Shown piece after piece: positions 8,220 to 17,460 of a stretch of DNA of 64,000 bases (the first letter of the stretch is position 1; every line of letters starts with the position of its first letter). The position numbers were made by a program, and so were the translations under genes. The notes under the pieces are model-generated. The model ran no database searches and had not been told where the DNA came from. It saw only the letters and a list, made by a program, of their open reading frames with translations. The stretch comes from Gemmatimonadota bacterium. Lineage in GTDB: Bacteria > Gemmatimonadota > Gemmatimonadetes > Gemmatimonadales > Gemmatimonadaceae. The stretch is taken from NCBI GenBank assembly GCA_040389905.1, contig JAZJZK010000008.1, positions 32,001-96,000 on the forward strand. The letters run 5' to 3'.

Positions 8220-9598
8220 AGCACGTTACCTGGCGCGAGAATGCCCGTCGGATCGAGTTCCCGTTTCATGGCACTCATGGCGCGCATCTGCAGCGGCGAC
8301 ATCTGGAGGGGAAGCCATTTGCGCTTGATCTTCCCGATGCCGTGCTCCGCGGCGACTGTTCCACCCAATGCGATGACCTCACGCAGGGTGGCCTCGACAA
8401 CCCGTTCGATTCGCGCGAGCGCGACGGCGTCGTCGGCAATGAAGTTCTGGTGCGGGTGGCCATTGCCGGCATGCCCGTAGATGACGGCCTGTTCGATCCC
8501 TGCGTCTGTCGCAAGCGAACGCGCACGACCAATCGCTCGGCCAAGCTGGGCATATGGCACGGCCCAGTCGGTCGACACCTTCCGTCCACCGTGCGCACGC
8601 CGCGCCCCTCCACGCTCATTCATGTGCGCGGGTACGGCGTGCCGGACCCGGCGCGCCTCGCGAAGCGCCGCTTCTCCCTCATAGACGCGAACGTCGTCGA
8701 CGATCGCGCCGTGCGCCTGGGCGAGCGAGAGCCACTCGTCCAGGGCAGGCTCCGCTCCACGAGAAGGCACCTCCTCAACGTACACGAACGCTGCTGCTCC
8801 GAGCGCCCATTCCGGCGTCCCCTCGGCATCGCGCGCGATGCCCAACGCGAGAATGTCGAAGTACTCGAGGCATCTCGGATGAACGCCGGCTCCCCGCCGC
8901 GCTGCGACGACGAATTCCAGGGCGGCATGCTCCGTTGCGAAGGGGATCGAAAGGCCGACCACATGGTCCGGCAGCGGCAGGAGTCCGAGCTCGGCTTCAA
9001 CGATGACACCGAGCGTTCCCTCGCTGCCGATGAACCAATCCACAGGATCATGTGCAAACGCGTAGCCGACGGTGTTCTTTTCCAGCGCGGTCCGCCGCAG
9101 ATCGACGAACGACCCATCGGCGAGTGCGACCTTGAGCGCGCGCACGTGCGGACGTGTTGCGCCGTAACGCAACGACCGTGCGCCGGATGCATTGCAGGCG
9201 ATCGCGCCGCCAATCGTGCACTCATCTTCGCTCGTTGGATCGGGGGCGAAGAGCAGATCGTGCTCCGCGCACAAACGCTTCATGTCGCCGACGAGGACTC
9301 CCGGCTCGACGCGGATCGTTCGTGCGCGCGGATCGATGTCGATCACGCGCTGCATCGCGCGCGTCGACATGAGGAGGCCGACGTCGGTGATGGACGCCCC
9401 GGTCGTACTCGTCTGCCCGCCCGCAGGCGTGACGGGTGTGTTCGACGCATGAGCTTCCGCCAGCAACGCGGAGACTTCACCCGCAGACGCAGGTCTCGCC
9501 ACGCCTTCGGGAACGAGCACCAATCCCGAGACGTCCGACGCGTACGCGCGGCGAACCTCTTCGTCGCGCGCGATAGAAGGAATACCGAGGTGTGTCAC
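8216..9598 (-). CDS. FAD-binding oxidoreductase, GlcD/D-2-hydroxyacid dehydrogenase family
   Basis: PAGGQTS, CTIGGAIACNASG, FIGSEGTLG, GHAGNGHPH, AEHGIG. Start placed at GTG 9598 because the longer track N-terminus runs through a repeat element. Confidence 0.85.
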   Translation of the reverse strand: MTHLGIPSIARDEEVRRAYASDVSGLVLVPEGVARPASAGEVSALLAEAHASNTPVTPAGGQTSTTGASITDVGLLMSTRAMQRVIDIDPRARTIRVEPGVLVGDMKRLCAEHDLLFAPDPTSEDECTIGGAIACNASGARSLRYGATRPHVRALKVALADGSFVDLRRTALEKNTVGYAFAHDPVDWFIGSEGTLGVIVEAELGLLPLPDHVVGLSIPFATEHAALEFVVAARRGAGVHPRCLEYFDILALGIARDAEGTPEWALGAAAFVYVEEVPSRGAEPALDEWLSLAQAHGAIVDDVRVYEGEAALREARRVRHAVPAHMNERGGARRAHGGRKVSTDWAVPYAQLGRAIGRARSLATDAGIEQAVIYGHAGNGHPHQNFIADDAVALARIERVVEATLREVIALGGTVAAEHGIGKIKRKWLPLQMSPLQMRAMSAMKRELDPTGILAPGNVL

Positions 9599-9603
9599 GA
9601 CGC

Positions 9604-9757
9604 TGTCATCCCGAGCGAGCGCAGCAGCCTGCCCTCGAGGAGCGCGAGCGACGAAGGGAGGGATCTGCACCTGCCGTTACGCTCCTTTTGTCGCCTGCCT
9701 GCCCTCGAGGAGCGCAAGCGACGAAGGGAGCGAAGCGAAGGGCCTGCACCTGCTGTT
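9604..9757. repeat. Two tandem REP-like elements, each carrying a nested 34-bp element
   Basis: GCCTGCCCTCGAGGAGCGC(G/A)AGCGACGAAGGGAG at 9627-9660 and 9697-9730 (1 mismatch). Both units end in CTGCACCTGCYGTT. Confidence 0.8.
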
Positions 9758-9775
9758 GCCCAGTTGGATGTGGCA

Positions 9776-11380
9776 TCACGCGCGGAAGTGAACGACCGTT
9801 GCCGACAGGATATCAGGCAACTTGAGGAGCGCGTCGCGAACGCCGCTGCCGACGCTCCCATCCACGCTGATTGCCGCGAGCGCCTCCCCACCCTGCGCGA
9901 GCCGCGCCTGGTGATACTCGGCGATGTTGACGCCGGCGTCGCCGAGGAGCGTGCCGACGCGGCCGATGACCCCTGGGACGTCGTGGTTCGTGAGAATGAC
10001 GAGCGTATCACGCGGCGCAACGTCCACATGAAATCCGCCGATTCTCGTGAGGCGACCCGCCGATCCCTCGGGGGCCACGCCGGCCACCGCAAGCTCCTGC
10101 ATGCCTCCACTGAGGCTGACTTGGACGCCGAAGGGGCCAAGGGACTCGCTCTTCGAGCACGAGAGCTCCATGCCGCGTGCCTCGGCGAGCGAGCGGGCAT
10201 TGATGAGGTTGAGCCGCTCCACCTCGATGGCGCCCTCGAGCACGCCGGCCGCCGCCGCCGCCAGGAGCGCCGCCGATGCACTCGCGATCTCCGAGCCGCA
10301 CCGCAGCGACACGCGCTGCACGACCCGCGCTCCGCGGTCCGCGAGGATCGCTCGCGCCACGGCGGCCGCGCGTCGCGTGACGAGAAGCGCGGACTGGAGT
10401 TCCCGCCAGTCACCGATTCCAGCCCCTGCGACATTGATCGATCGCGAGAGCTCATCGTGCAGCAATGCGTCGCGCACCGCGGCGCAGGCATCGACGGCGA
10501 CGTTGCGCTGCGCTTCCGCGCTCGACGCACCGATGTGCGGTGTCAGCAGCGTGTTCGGCGCGCGGCGCAGCGGGTGGTCGGCCGCCAGCGGTTCCTTGCT
10601 GAAGGCATCGACGATTGCGCCACGGAGTTGGCCACTCTCGAGCGCGCTGACCAGCGCCGCCTCCTCAATGATCCCACCACGCGCCATGTTGACCGCGATG
10701 GCGCCACCCTTGAGTCGCGCTAGCTCGCGCTTGCCGATCATGCCATGTGTTTCTTCCGTCAGCGGCGTGTGCACCGTGAGAAAATCTGCGACGTCGAGCC
10801 CCTCTTCCAGCGTGGCGAGCTTCCGGATGCGCAATGCGTGAAAGCGCTCATCGGCGATGTAGGGATCGAAGCCGGCGACATCCATGCCGAACGCGAGTGC
10901 GCGTGTTGCAATCTCTCCGCCGATGCGACCGACTCCGACGATGACGAGCGTCTTGCCCTTGAGCTCCGTACCGAGGAGTTGCGAACGATCCCAGCGGCCG
11001 TCGCGCATCGAGCTAGCTGCCTGCGGCAGGTGTCGCAGCAGGCCGATGACCGCACCGAAGAACAATTCGACCACGGCGATCGTATTGCCCGCGGGCGCAT
11101 TGATGACCGCAATGCCGAGTGCCGTTGCCGCTTCGATGGCGATGTTGTCCACGCCGACGCCGGCGCGGCCGACGACTCGGAGTCGCTTTGCGCGAGCGAG
11201 AAGTTCCGCCGTGATGCGAGTGGCGCTGCGCCCCACAAACGCGTCATAGTCGCCGATGCGCTCGAGGAGTTCAGCGGGTGGCAGCGTTGGAAGCTCGTCG
11301 ACGACGAACGACGGTTCGGCGGTGAGCAGGGCGACGCCATCGGCGTCGATGTCATCCGTAACGAGTATTCTGTAAGACAA
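9776..11380 (-). CDS. serA: D-3-phosphoglycerate dehydrogenase (long type I, C-terminal ACT domain)
   Basis: GRAGVGVDNI, GVGRIG, VNMARGGI, TPHIGAS, and ACT domain NHDVPGVIGRVGTLLG. Confidence 0.95.
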   Translation of the reverse strand: MSYRILVTDDIDADGVALLTAEPSFVVDELPTLPPAELLERIGDYDAFVGRSATRITAELLARAKRLRVVGRAGVGVDNIAIEAATALGIAVINAPAGNTIAVVELFFGAVIGLLRHLPQAASSMRDGRWDRSQLLGTELKGKTLVIVGVGRIGGEIATRALAFGMDVAGFDPYIADERFHALRIRKLATLEEGLDVADFLTVHTPLTEETHGMIGKRELARLKGGAIAVNMARGGIIEEAALVSALESGQLRGAIVDAFSKEPLAADHPLRRAPNTLLTPHIGASSAEAQRNVAVDACAAVRDALLHDELSRSINVAGAGIGDWRELQSALLVTRRAAAVARAILADRGARVVQRVSLRCGSEIASASAALLAAAAAGVLEGAIEVERLNLINARSLAEARGMELSCSKSESLGPFGVQVSLSGGMQELAVAGVAPEGSAGRLTRIGGFHVDVAPRDTLVILTNHDVPGVIGRVGTLLGDAGVNIAEYHQARLAQGGEALAAISVDGSVGSGVRDALLKLPDILSATVVHFRA

Positions 11381-11474
11381 GCGGCGCGGGGGTGCGGGTC
11401 ATCGCAAGCTGGTGGCTCGACAATCGTCGGGCAACCCATAGGCGACGGGGTGTTCGAAGGGCATATTCAGTTCC

Positions 11475-11756
11475 ATGGCGACCGTCTCACGTCAGGCTCG
11501 GCTGATCGATCTCGCGGCACTCGTGTGCATCATTGTCGGTGCGGGCCTCTGCCTCGTGTCGAACGACCGTTTGCAGGCATTGACGAAATTGTCGTACCAG
11601 CATCCCGGCCCCCGGAGCCAATCCGCACTCGCGGCCGCAGATCGCGCCCGCTACATCGCCTACGGCGGCGTCGCCTTTATCGTCCTCGGCTGCGTGGTGG
11701 GCGCCGGCGGTGCGATCGCGATGGCGCGCCGCAAGCGCCTCGCAGCCGCCCCATAG
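11475..11756 (+). CDS. Small two-TM hypothetical membrane protein
   Basis: Two hydrophobic helices and a basic tail. Fills the gap between serA and phzF. Confidence 0.65.
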   Translation: MATVSRQARLIDLAALVCIIVGAGLCLVSNDRLQALTKLSYQHPGPRSQSALAAADRARYIAYGGVAFIVLGCVVGAGGAIAMARRKRLAAAP

Positions 11757-11772
11757 CTGGTCCGAACGCTCG

Positions 11773-11809
11773 TTTTGTCGCCCTGAGCGCAGCGAGAGGG
11801 CCCGCACCT
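11773..11809. repeat. REP-like palindromic element (uninterrupted copy)
   Basis: TTTTGTCGCCCTGAGCGCAGCGAGAGGGCCCGCACCT with GCCCT/AGGGC stem. Matches the flanks of the interrupted unit at 9686-9751. Confidence 0.65.
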
Positions 11810-11815
11810 TCGCCC

Positions 11816-12730
11816 TTATGCAATCTCCATCAACCCTTCGCTCATCATCACCGACCCGCCGCCAACGCGAACGGCAGTGACGCGGCCCGCCGTCACGTCC
11901 GCCTCCGCTTCGATGATGCTCGGCCGCCCCATCTCGAACCCCTGTTCCACGCGCCAGTGCAGCGTTCCGTCACGACGCGAATCGCGGACGGCGAGATAGC
12001 CCGCGAGCGCGGCGCAGGCGCTGCCGGTCGCAGGATCCTCCGGGATATTCAGTGCGGGAGCAAACATGCGAGCATGAATGTCGGAGCCCTCGCGTTCACC
12101 ACCCTCGGCAAACAGAAAGATCTCGGCGGCCCACGCATCCTTGAGGGTGCGTTCCCAGGTGTCCATGCTGAGTCGCGCGCGCGCAACCGAGGCGATGTCG
12201 CGGAGCGGGACGAAGAGCAATGGAAGCCCGCACGATACCGACTGCGGCATCCACGGGTCGGCTCGCAGGTCGTCCACGCCAACGCCGATCAGTCGCGCCA
12301 CGGTCTCGCGATCGGGAGGAGGAGGGCCGACCTCAGGCAGCTTCGCCGCGGTGAGCTCAACAAACACCGGAACGCCGTCGCGTGCGCGAATCGAAATGGG
12401 AACGGGGCCGACACCTTCCTCGAACACGATGCGCGTCACATCGCCATCCAGCGCGATGTCACCAATCGCGGCCAGTACATGGGCGGTTCCAACCGTCGGA
12501 TGCCCCGCAAAGGGCAACTCGGCACCGGGCGTAAAGATCCGCACTCGCCGTGTGTTCGCTGGGTCGACCGCGGGATACACGAACGTGGTTTCGGAGTAGT
12601 TGAACTCGCGACAGACGTCCTGGAGACGCGCCTCGGGGATGCCGCGCGCGTCCGGGAACACCGCCAGTTGATTGCCTCCAAAGGGCGTATCGGTGAAGAC
12701 GTCGACGGTGAGATACCGGAATTTTGCCAT
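11816..12730 (-). CDS. PhzF family epimerase/isomerase
   Basis: VDVFTDTPFGGNQLAV, NYSET, ELPFAGHPTVG, EDPATGSA, QGFEMGRPS. Start at ATG 12730. Confidence 0.92.
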   Translation of the reverse strand: MAKFRYLTVDVFTDTPFGGNQLAVFPDARGIPEARLQDVCREFNYSETTFVYPAVDPANTRRVRIFTPGAELPFAGHPTVGTAHVLAAIGDIALDGDVTRIVFEEGVGPVPISIRARDGVPVFVELTAAKLPEVGPPPPDRETVARLIGVGVDDLRADPWMPQSVSCGLPLLFVPLRDIASVARARLSMDTWERTLKDAWAAEIFLFAEGGEREGSDIHARMFAPALNIPEDPATGSACAALAGYLAVRDSRRDGTLHWRVEQGFEMGRPSIIEAEADVTAGRVTAVRVGGGSVMMSEGLMEIA

Positions 12731-12738
12731 GGCCGCCG

Positions 12739-14463
12739 CTACTTCTCGTCCATGAATGGATACCGGTAGTCGGTCGGCGGTGAGAACGTTTCCTTCATGC
12801 TGCGCGCGCTCACCCAGCGCACGAGATTCAACTTCGACCCTGCCTTGTCGTTCGTGCCGGACGCACGTGCCCCGCCGAACGGTTGCTGTCCGACCACCGC
12901 ACCGGTGGGCTTGTCGTTGACGTAGAAGTTTCCGGCGGCGTTGCGCAGCGCGAACATTGCCTCGCGCACCGCGCGGCGGTCGTTCGCGAAGACCGCGCCC
13001 GTGAGCGCATAGGGCGACGTGGTGTCCACGATCCGCAACGTCTCGTGCCACTTGGCGTCGTCGTAGACATGCACCGTCACGACTGGGCCGAAGATTTCCT
13101 CGCAGAGGAGACGGTAACCCGGGTCCTGTGTCTCGACCAGCGTTGGATGAATGAAATAGCCGTCTTTCCCGTCGACCGTGCCTCCCGCGATGACCGTTGC
13201 GTTCCGCTTCGCATCATCGATGTACTCCGAAATCTTCGTAAACGCCTTCTTGTCGATGACGGCGCCCATGAAATTCCTGAAGTCGGTAATGTCACCGACC
13301 TTCAGCTCCTCGATGATCGCCACCGTGCGCTCGCGCACGTCCTTCCAGATGGAGCGCGGTACATAAACGCGGCTGGCGGCGGAGCACTTCTGCCCCTGAT
13401 ACTCAAAACCGCCGCGCGCGATCGCGACCGCCAGTGCTTGTGGATCGGCTGACGCGTGCGCCACGATGAAGTCCTTTCCGCCCGTTTCACCCACGATGCG
13501 CGGGTAGCTCGCATACCGTGACATATCGGAGCCGATCGTCTGCCACATCGAATTGAACACACCGGTGCTGCCCGTGAAGTGCACGCCGGCGAGGCTCCGG
13601 TCCGCGAGCGCGATGTTCGAGATCGACACCGCGTCTCCGGGAACGAGATTGATCACGCCGGGCGGGAGGCCAGCGGCTTCGAGCAGCTTCATGATGTAGT
13701 ACGACGACAACATCGACGTCCCGGCTGGCTTCCAGACCACCGTGTTGCCCATCAACGCCGGTGCCGTCGGGAGGTTTCCGGCAATGGACGTGAAGTTGAA
13801 GGGCGTGACCGCATACACGAAGCCCTCGAGCGCCCGGTAGTCGAGCTGATTCCACATCATGTTGTTGCTGAGTGGCTGCTCGCTGTAGAGCTCCTGTGCG
13901 TACGCCGGATTGAAGCGCCAGAAGTCGATCAGCTCACAGGCGGAATCGATCTCCGCCTGAAAAGCAGTTTTCGATTGTCCGAGCATCGTGGATGCGTTGA
14001 TCGTCTGCCGCCACGTGGTCGTGAGGAGCTCTGCCGCGCGCAGGAACACCGCGGCACGGTCTTCCCACGCCCAGTTCGACCATTCCGCGCTGGCAGCCTT
14101 GGCCGCCGCGATCGCCCGGTGCACGACCTCCGGGGACGCGCGATGCCAATCCGCCAGCACGTGACGATGGTCGTGCGGCATGACGCTCTGCGCCAGGTCT
14201 CCCGTCCGAATCTCTTGACCCCCGATGATGATCGGAATGTCGATGTGTTCCTTCGCCATGCTCGCGAGTCGCGACTTGAGCGCGGCGCGTTCCGGGGTGC
14301 CGGGCGCGTAGCTCTTGACCGGCTCGTTGACCGGAGGTGGAACGCGTCGCGTTCCAGAAAAAGCCGCAAGCGCGCTGCGCGGTGACATCGCCTCGGCGGA
14401 CTGTTGCGATTCGGCGGCGCCTTGAGCGGGCGCAGAGCTCGTGGGCAGGGCAGTGTCAGCCAT
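12739..14463 (-). CDS. pruA: L-glutamate gamma-semialdehyde (P5C) dehydrogenase
   Basis: NEPVKSYAPG, PFNFTSIAGNL, FTGST, GETGGKDF, EYQGQKCSA, EEIFGP, NDKPTGAVVGQQPFGG. Confidence 0.93.
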   Translation of the reverse strand: MADTALPTSSAPAQGAAESQQSAEAMSPRSALAAFSGTRRVPPPVNEPVKSYAPGTPERAALKSRLASMAKEHIDIPIIIGGQEIRTGDLAQSVMPHDHRHVLADWHRASPEVVHRAIAAAKAASAEWSNWAWEDRAAVFLRAAELLTTTWRQTINASTMLGQSKTAFQAEIDSACELIDFWRFNPAYAQELYSEQPLSNNMMWNQLDYRALEGFVYAVTPFNFTSIAGNLPTAPALMGNTVVWKPAGTSMLSSYYIMKLLEAAGLPPGVINLVPGDAVSISNIALADRSLAGVHFTGSTGVFNSMWQTIGSDMSRYASYPRIVGETGGKDFIVAHASADPQALAVAIARGGFEYQGQKCSAASRVYVPRSIWKDVRERTVAIIEELKVGDITDFRNFMGAVIDKKAFTKISEYIDDAKRNATVIAGGTVDGKDGYFIHPTLVETQDPGYRLLCEEIFGPVVTVHVYDDAKWHETLRIVDTTSPYALTGAVFANDRRAVREAMFALRNAAGNFYVNDKPTGAVVGQQPFGGARASGTNDKAGSKLNLVRWVSARSMKETFSPPTDYRYPFMDEK

Positions 14464-14576
14464 GGTCGAACGGGTTGAGTGGCGGAGGGGGCGGTGACAG
14501 CCAAGAAAGATAATCCGGAGGTGCGGACGAGCGCGCGTCGCTGTCGCAGCGTGGACGCAGGGACTATCCTCCGCCA

Positions 14577-15374
14577 ATGATCGCGCCCCGAGGCCCTCTC
14601 GCAGTCCGGACTCTCCTCATCCTCGCGCTGGCGGGGTGCGACACGCCTCCGGTTGCGTGGTCCGCCGTTCGCTCGCTCCCGGCGAGTAGTGGCATCGTCC
14701 GGCTCACCGGCAACGGGGACATCGTAGCAGATTCACTCGTTGCGATCAACGTCGAAACACACCTCCCAGCGCCAGCCTGTCCGGGATCGATCCGGTATGC
14801 GAGAGACGGAGCGTCGCTCGTCGCCGTGTGGTGGTCGCCGCGCCCCGATAGCAGTGCATCCCTGGTCTTCTCGCGGAAGCGTTACGGAGCGGAATGGGGC
14901 GTCGTCGTGCCTGTTGACACGACGGATCGCGGCGTGACAGGGTGCCGGCGCTCACCGCCCGCTGTGACGGCAGACTCGGCGACACGCTACATCCATGTCA
15001 GCTATGGGCTGGTCGGTGTGGAAGGGCCCGGCATCTTCTTTTCGCACTCGATGGACGCGGGCGCGCTCTTTCATTCTCCCGTGTCCATCGTCTACGGGGA
15101 GCACATCGGTGCGACGAGTGTGGCGTCCGACGGCGATCGCGTGGCCGTGGCCTTCGAGGATCCAAATGGTGGCGCGGCGCGAATCGGGCTCGCGTTGTCT
15201 CGAACGATGGGCCACATTTTCGAAGACCGTATTCTTCCTGTTTCCGCAGACAACGGTTCGGCGACGCAGCCGCTCGTGGCCATTCGAGGCCGCACCATTG
15301 CCGTTGCGTGGCAGGAACGCGCGGGGTCAGCCGGCATCGCAGCGTTTCGTGTCCGCACTGGCAGTCTTCACTGA
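14577..15374 (+). CDS. Hypothetical lipoprotein, sialidase/BNR-like beta-propeller fragment
   Basis: Lipobox LAGC and Asp-box-like SHSMDAGALF and SRTMGHIF. Confidence 0.6.
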   Translation: MIAPRGPLAVRTLLILALAGCDTPPVAWSAVRSLPASSGIVRLTGNGDIVADSLVAINVETHLPAPACPGSIRYARDGASLVAVWWSPRPDSSASLVFSRKRYGAEWGVVVPVDTTDRGVTGCRRSPPAVTADSATRYIHVSYGLVGVEGPGIFFSHSMDAGALFHSPVSIVYGEHIGATSVASDGDRVAVAFEDPNGGAARIGLALSRTMGHIFEDRILPVSADNGSATQPLVAIRGRTIAVAWQERAGSAGIAAFRVRTGSLH

Positions 15375-15393
15375 CACACACCCGCGCCAAGAC

Positions 15394-16077
15394 ATGCGCG
15401 TACTCTTCGCCGACGACGATGCAATGGCCCGAACGCTGATGGCCGCGGTCCTTGCCGACCTCGACCATGAAGCGTCAATGGCGGAAGACGGCGTCCAGGC
15501 TTGGGAGCAGTTCCAGCGCGCGCCCGCTCCGCTGGTCATCCTTGACATCAACATGCCTGGGCTCGACGGGCTCGAGGTGTGCCGCCGAATTCGAGCGCAC
15601 GACACCGGCCGCGACGTCTTCGTCCTGATTGTCACCGCACGCGATGGCCGGGACGACCTCGCCAACGTGCTCGAGGCGGGGGCCGACGACTATGTGACCA
15701 AGCCAAGCTCGCCCGAGAATCTTCGCGCTCGACTGGAAATCGCGAAGCGGCGCATCGCGCAGGACGACGCGCGCCGTCGCACGGAAGCCGAGCTCGCCAG
15801 GTCGCGTTGGCTTGCTGGAATCGGCGAAACGACGATTGCGTTGGAACACGAGATCAACAACCCCCTCTCCGCGCTACTGGGCCACGCCGAGTTGCTGCTC
15901 ATGGACAAGGAGCTGTCGCCCGACCAACTCGATCAACTGCGCATCATTCAGGAGCAGGCTTCGCGCATCGCACAGGTCGTGCGGCGTCTCGCGAAACTCA
16001 AGAATCCGCAGTCGGTGGAGTATCTGGCCGGATCGTTGATGCTGGATCTGTCGTCGCGCACGAGTCGGCCGGAATAA
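15394..16077 (+). CDS. Response regulator with C-terminal HisKA domain, no ATPase domain
   Basis: MRVLFADDD, LDINMPGLDG, GADDYVTKP, then HEINNPL. Ends about 65 aa after the His. Confidence 0.85.
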   Translation: MRVLFADDDAMARTLMAAVLADLDHEASMAEDGVQAWEQFQRAPAPLVILDINMPGLDGLEVCRRIRAHDTGRDVFVLIVTARDGRDDLANVLEAGADDYVTKPSSPENLRARLEIAKRRIAQDDARRRTEAELARSRWLAGIGETTIALEHEINNPLSALLGHAELLLMDKELSPDQLDQLRIIQEQASRIAQVVRRLAKLKNPQSVEYLAGSLMLDLSSRTSRPE

Positions 16078-16147
16078 TCTCTTGGCGGTGCGCGTTGGAG
16101 CGTTCAGGTCGACGAGACTGGCCAAAACGACCCAGGGTCCTGGGAGC

Positions 16148-16179
16148 AGATTCGACGGATTCAACGGATTTGACGGATT
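16148..16179. repeat. Imperfect 9-bp tandem repeat
   Basis: AGATTCGAC GGATTCAAC GGATTTGAC GGATT, flanked by small palindromes CCCAGG-GT-CCTGGG and CTCCGA-G-TCGGAG. Confidence 0.65.
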
Positions 16180-16251
16180 GCCTCCGAGTCGGAGACGCTG
16201 TGGGTGCCGAATTGGGGTCGAACTGTCTTCGCTACTCACTTAGGAGTCTCA

Positions 16252-17142
16252 GTGACCCACTATTTCGGATCCCACACCGTCCCCAATGGCGGCATTCACA
16301 TGGCCGCGCGCCGCGCGCACAACGCGGGTCTCACCGCGCTCCAGATCTTCACCGCCATTCCGAAGTACTACAACGACAAGGTATCGATCAAGCCGGACCG
16401 TGTTGCGCGCTTTCGCGACGTGCTCGCCACGACGAACATCGCGCCCGCGCGCGTCGTGGTGCATGCGGCCTACGTGCTGAACACTGCGACGCCGGAGGAG
16501 GACAAGTGGATCCGCGCCCGCGATGGACTCGCCAAGGAGTTGGAGCGCTCGACGATGCTGGGCGTGGGGGCAGTCTGCTGGCATCCGGGCGCAGCGACGG
16601 ACGACAATCGCGAGGCGGCCGCCGAGCGCATTGCGGCGGCGATCGTGTTCGCCCTCGAGCGCGTGCAGGGCGCGACGCGCTTGCTCGTCGAGAACACGGC
16701 GGGTGCGGGACGCACGATGGGGCGCACGCCCGCCGAAGTCGGCAGCATTCTCCGTCACGTTCCTGCGCATCTTCGCGCCCGAACGGGATACGGTCTGGAT
16801 ACGTGTCACTTGTTCGCGAGCGGTTTCGACCTGCGTGAATCGCCGCTGGCGGCGAGCGCGATCCTCGATGCCTTCGAGGCAGAAACCGGCGAAGCACCGG
16901 GCTTCTTCCATCTCAACGACAGCGAGGGCGCGCTCGGCTCCAACCGCGACCGGCACATGCTGATCGGCGAGGGGCTCATCGGCGACGAGGCGTTCGGATG
17001 GCTGCTGGCCGACCGGCGAACGCGAAACATCCCGCTCATACTCGAAACGCCGCAGCTGAACAACGAGATCGCCGACGATGATGAGACGGCGGATCCGTAC
17101 GATCTGCGAATGGCTGAGTTGCTTGGTCGCTTGGCAAGGTAG
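16252..17142 (+). CDS. nfo: Endonuclease IV (deoxyribonuclease IV)
   Basis: VHAAYVLN, WHPG, VENTAG, LDTCHLF, HLNDS, DRH, LETP zinc-ligand motifs. GTG start behind AGGAG. Confidence 0.93.
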   Translation: MTHYFGSHTVPNGGIHMAARRAHNAGLTALQIFTAIPKYYNDKVSIKPDRVARFRDVLATTNIAPARVVVHAAYVLNTATPEEDKWIRARDGLAKELERSTMLGVGAVCWHPGAATDDNREAAAERIAAAIVFALERVQGATRLLVENTAGAGRTMGRTPAEVGSILRHVPAHLRARTGYGLDTCHLFASGFDLRESPLAASAILDAFEAETGEAPGFFHLNDSEGALGSNRDRHMLIGEGLIGDEAFGWLLADRRTRNIPLILETPQLNNEIADDDETADPYDLRMAELLGRLAR

Positions 17143-17146
17143 GCTC

Positions 17147-17188
17147 TTGACTATTGTCTACTTAGCTAATTAGCTTATCAGCTAAGTA
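17147..17188 (+). promoter_or_regulatory. Promoter with overlapping ArsR-type operator
   Basis: TTGACT at 17147-17152. Inverted repeat TACTTAGCT (17159-17167) / AGCTAAGTA (17180-17188) plus an overlapping palindrome AGCTAATTAGCT, directly against the ATG. Confidence 0.75.
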
Positions 17189-17460
17189 TGGACAACGCCT
17201 TCAGAGCACTCGCCGATCCCACCAGACGGGACATTCTTCGCCTCCTCCGCGACGGGCCGCTCACGTCCGGCGAAATCGCGCAGCACTTCGACGCCGCGTG
17301 GCCCACGGTCTCGCGCCACCTCGCCGTGCTGCGCGAAGCGCAACTCGTGCTCTCCACCCGCGTTGGACAACAGATCGTCTATGAGCTCAACACGAGCGTC
17401 TTTCAGGACGTCGTCGAACATCTCTGGTCATGGATGCGCCCAGGAGGGCGTGATGTCTAG
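17188..17460 (+). CDS. ArsR/SmtB family repressor, SdpR-like
   Basis: FRALADPTRRDIL, SRHLAVLREAQLV, YELNTSVFQD. Sits upstream of an SdpI-like gene. Confidence 0.9.
   Translation: MDNAFRALADPTRRDILRLLRDGPLTSGEIAQHFDAAWPTVSRHLAVLREAQLVLSTRVGQQIVYELNTSVFQDVVEHLWSWMRPGGRDV

Noticed and set aside
9627..9730. Mini CRISPR array (34-bp repeats, 36-bp gap)
   Set aside because: Only two copies, no cas genes or leader, and the intervening sequence is itself part of a REP-like unit that recurs after the second copy.
11816..12730. Phenazine biosynthesis locus
   Set aside because: Stand-alone PhzF-family gene with no other phz genes; such orphans are common.
8342..12769. Very long + strand ORFs (793 aa and 674 aa)
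   Set aside because: Antisense shadows of the FAD oxidoreductase, serA and phzF. Arg-rich and motif-free, as is typical of high-GC DNA.
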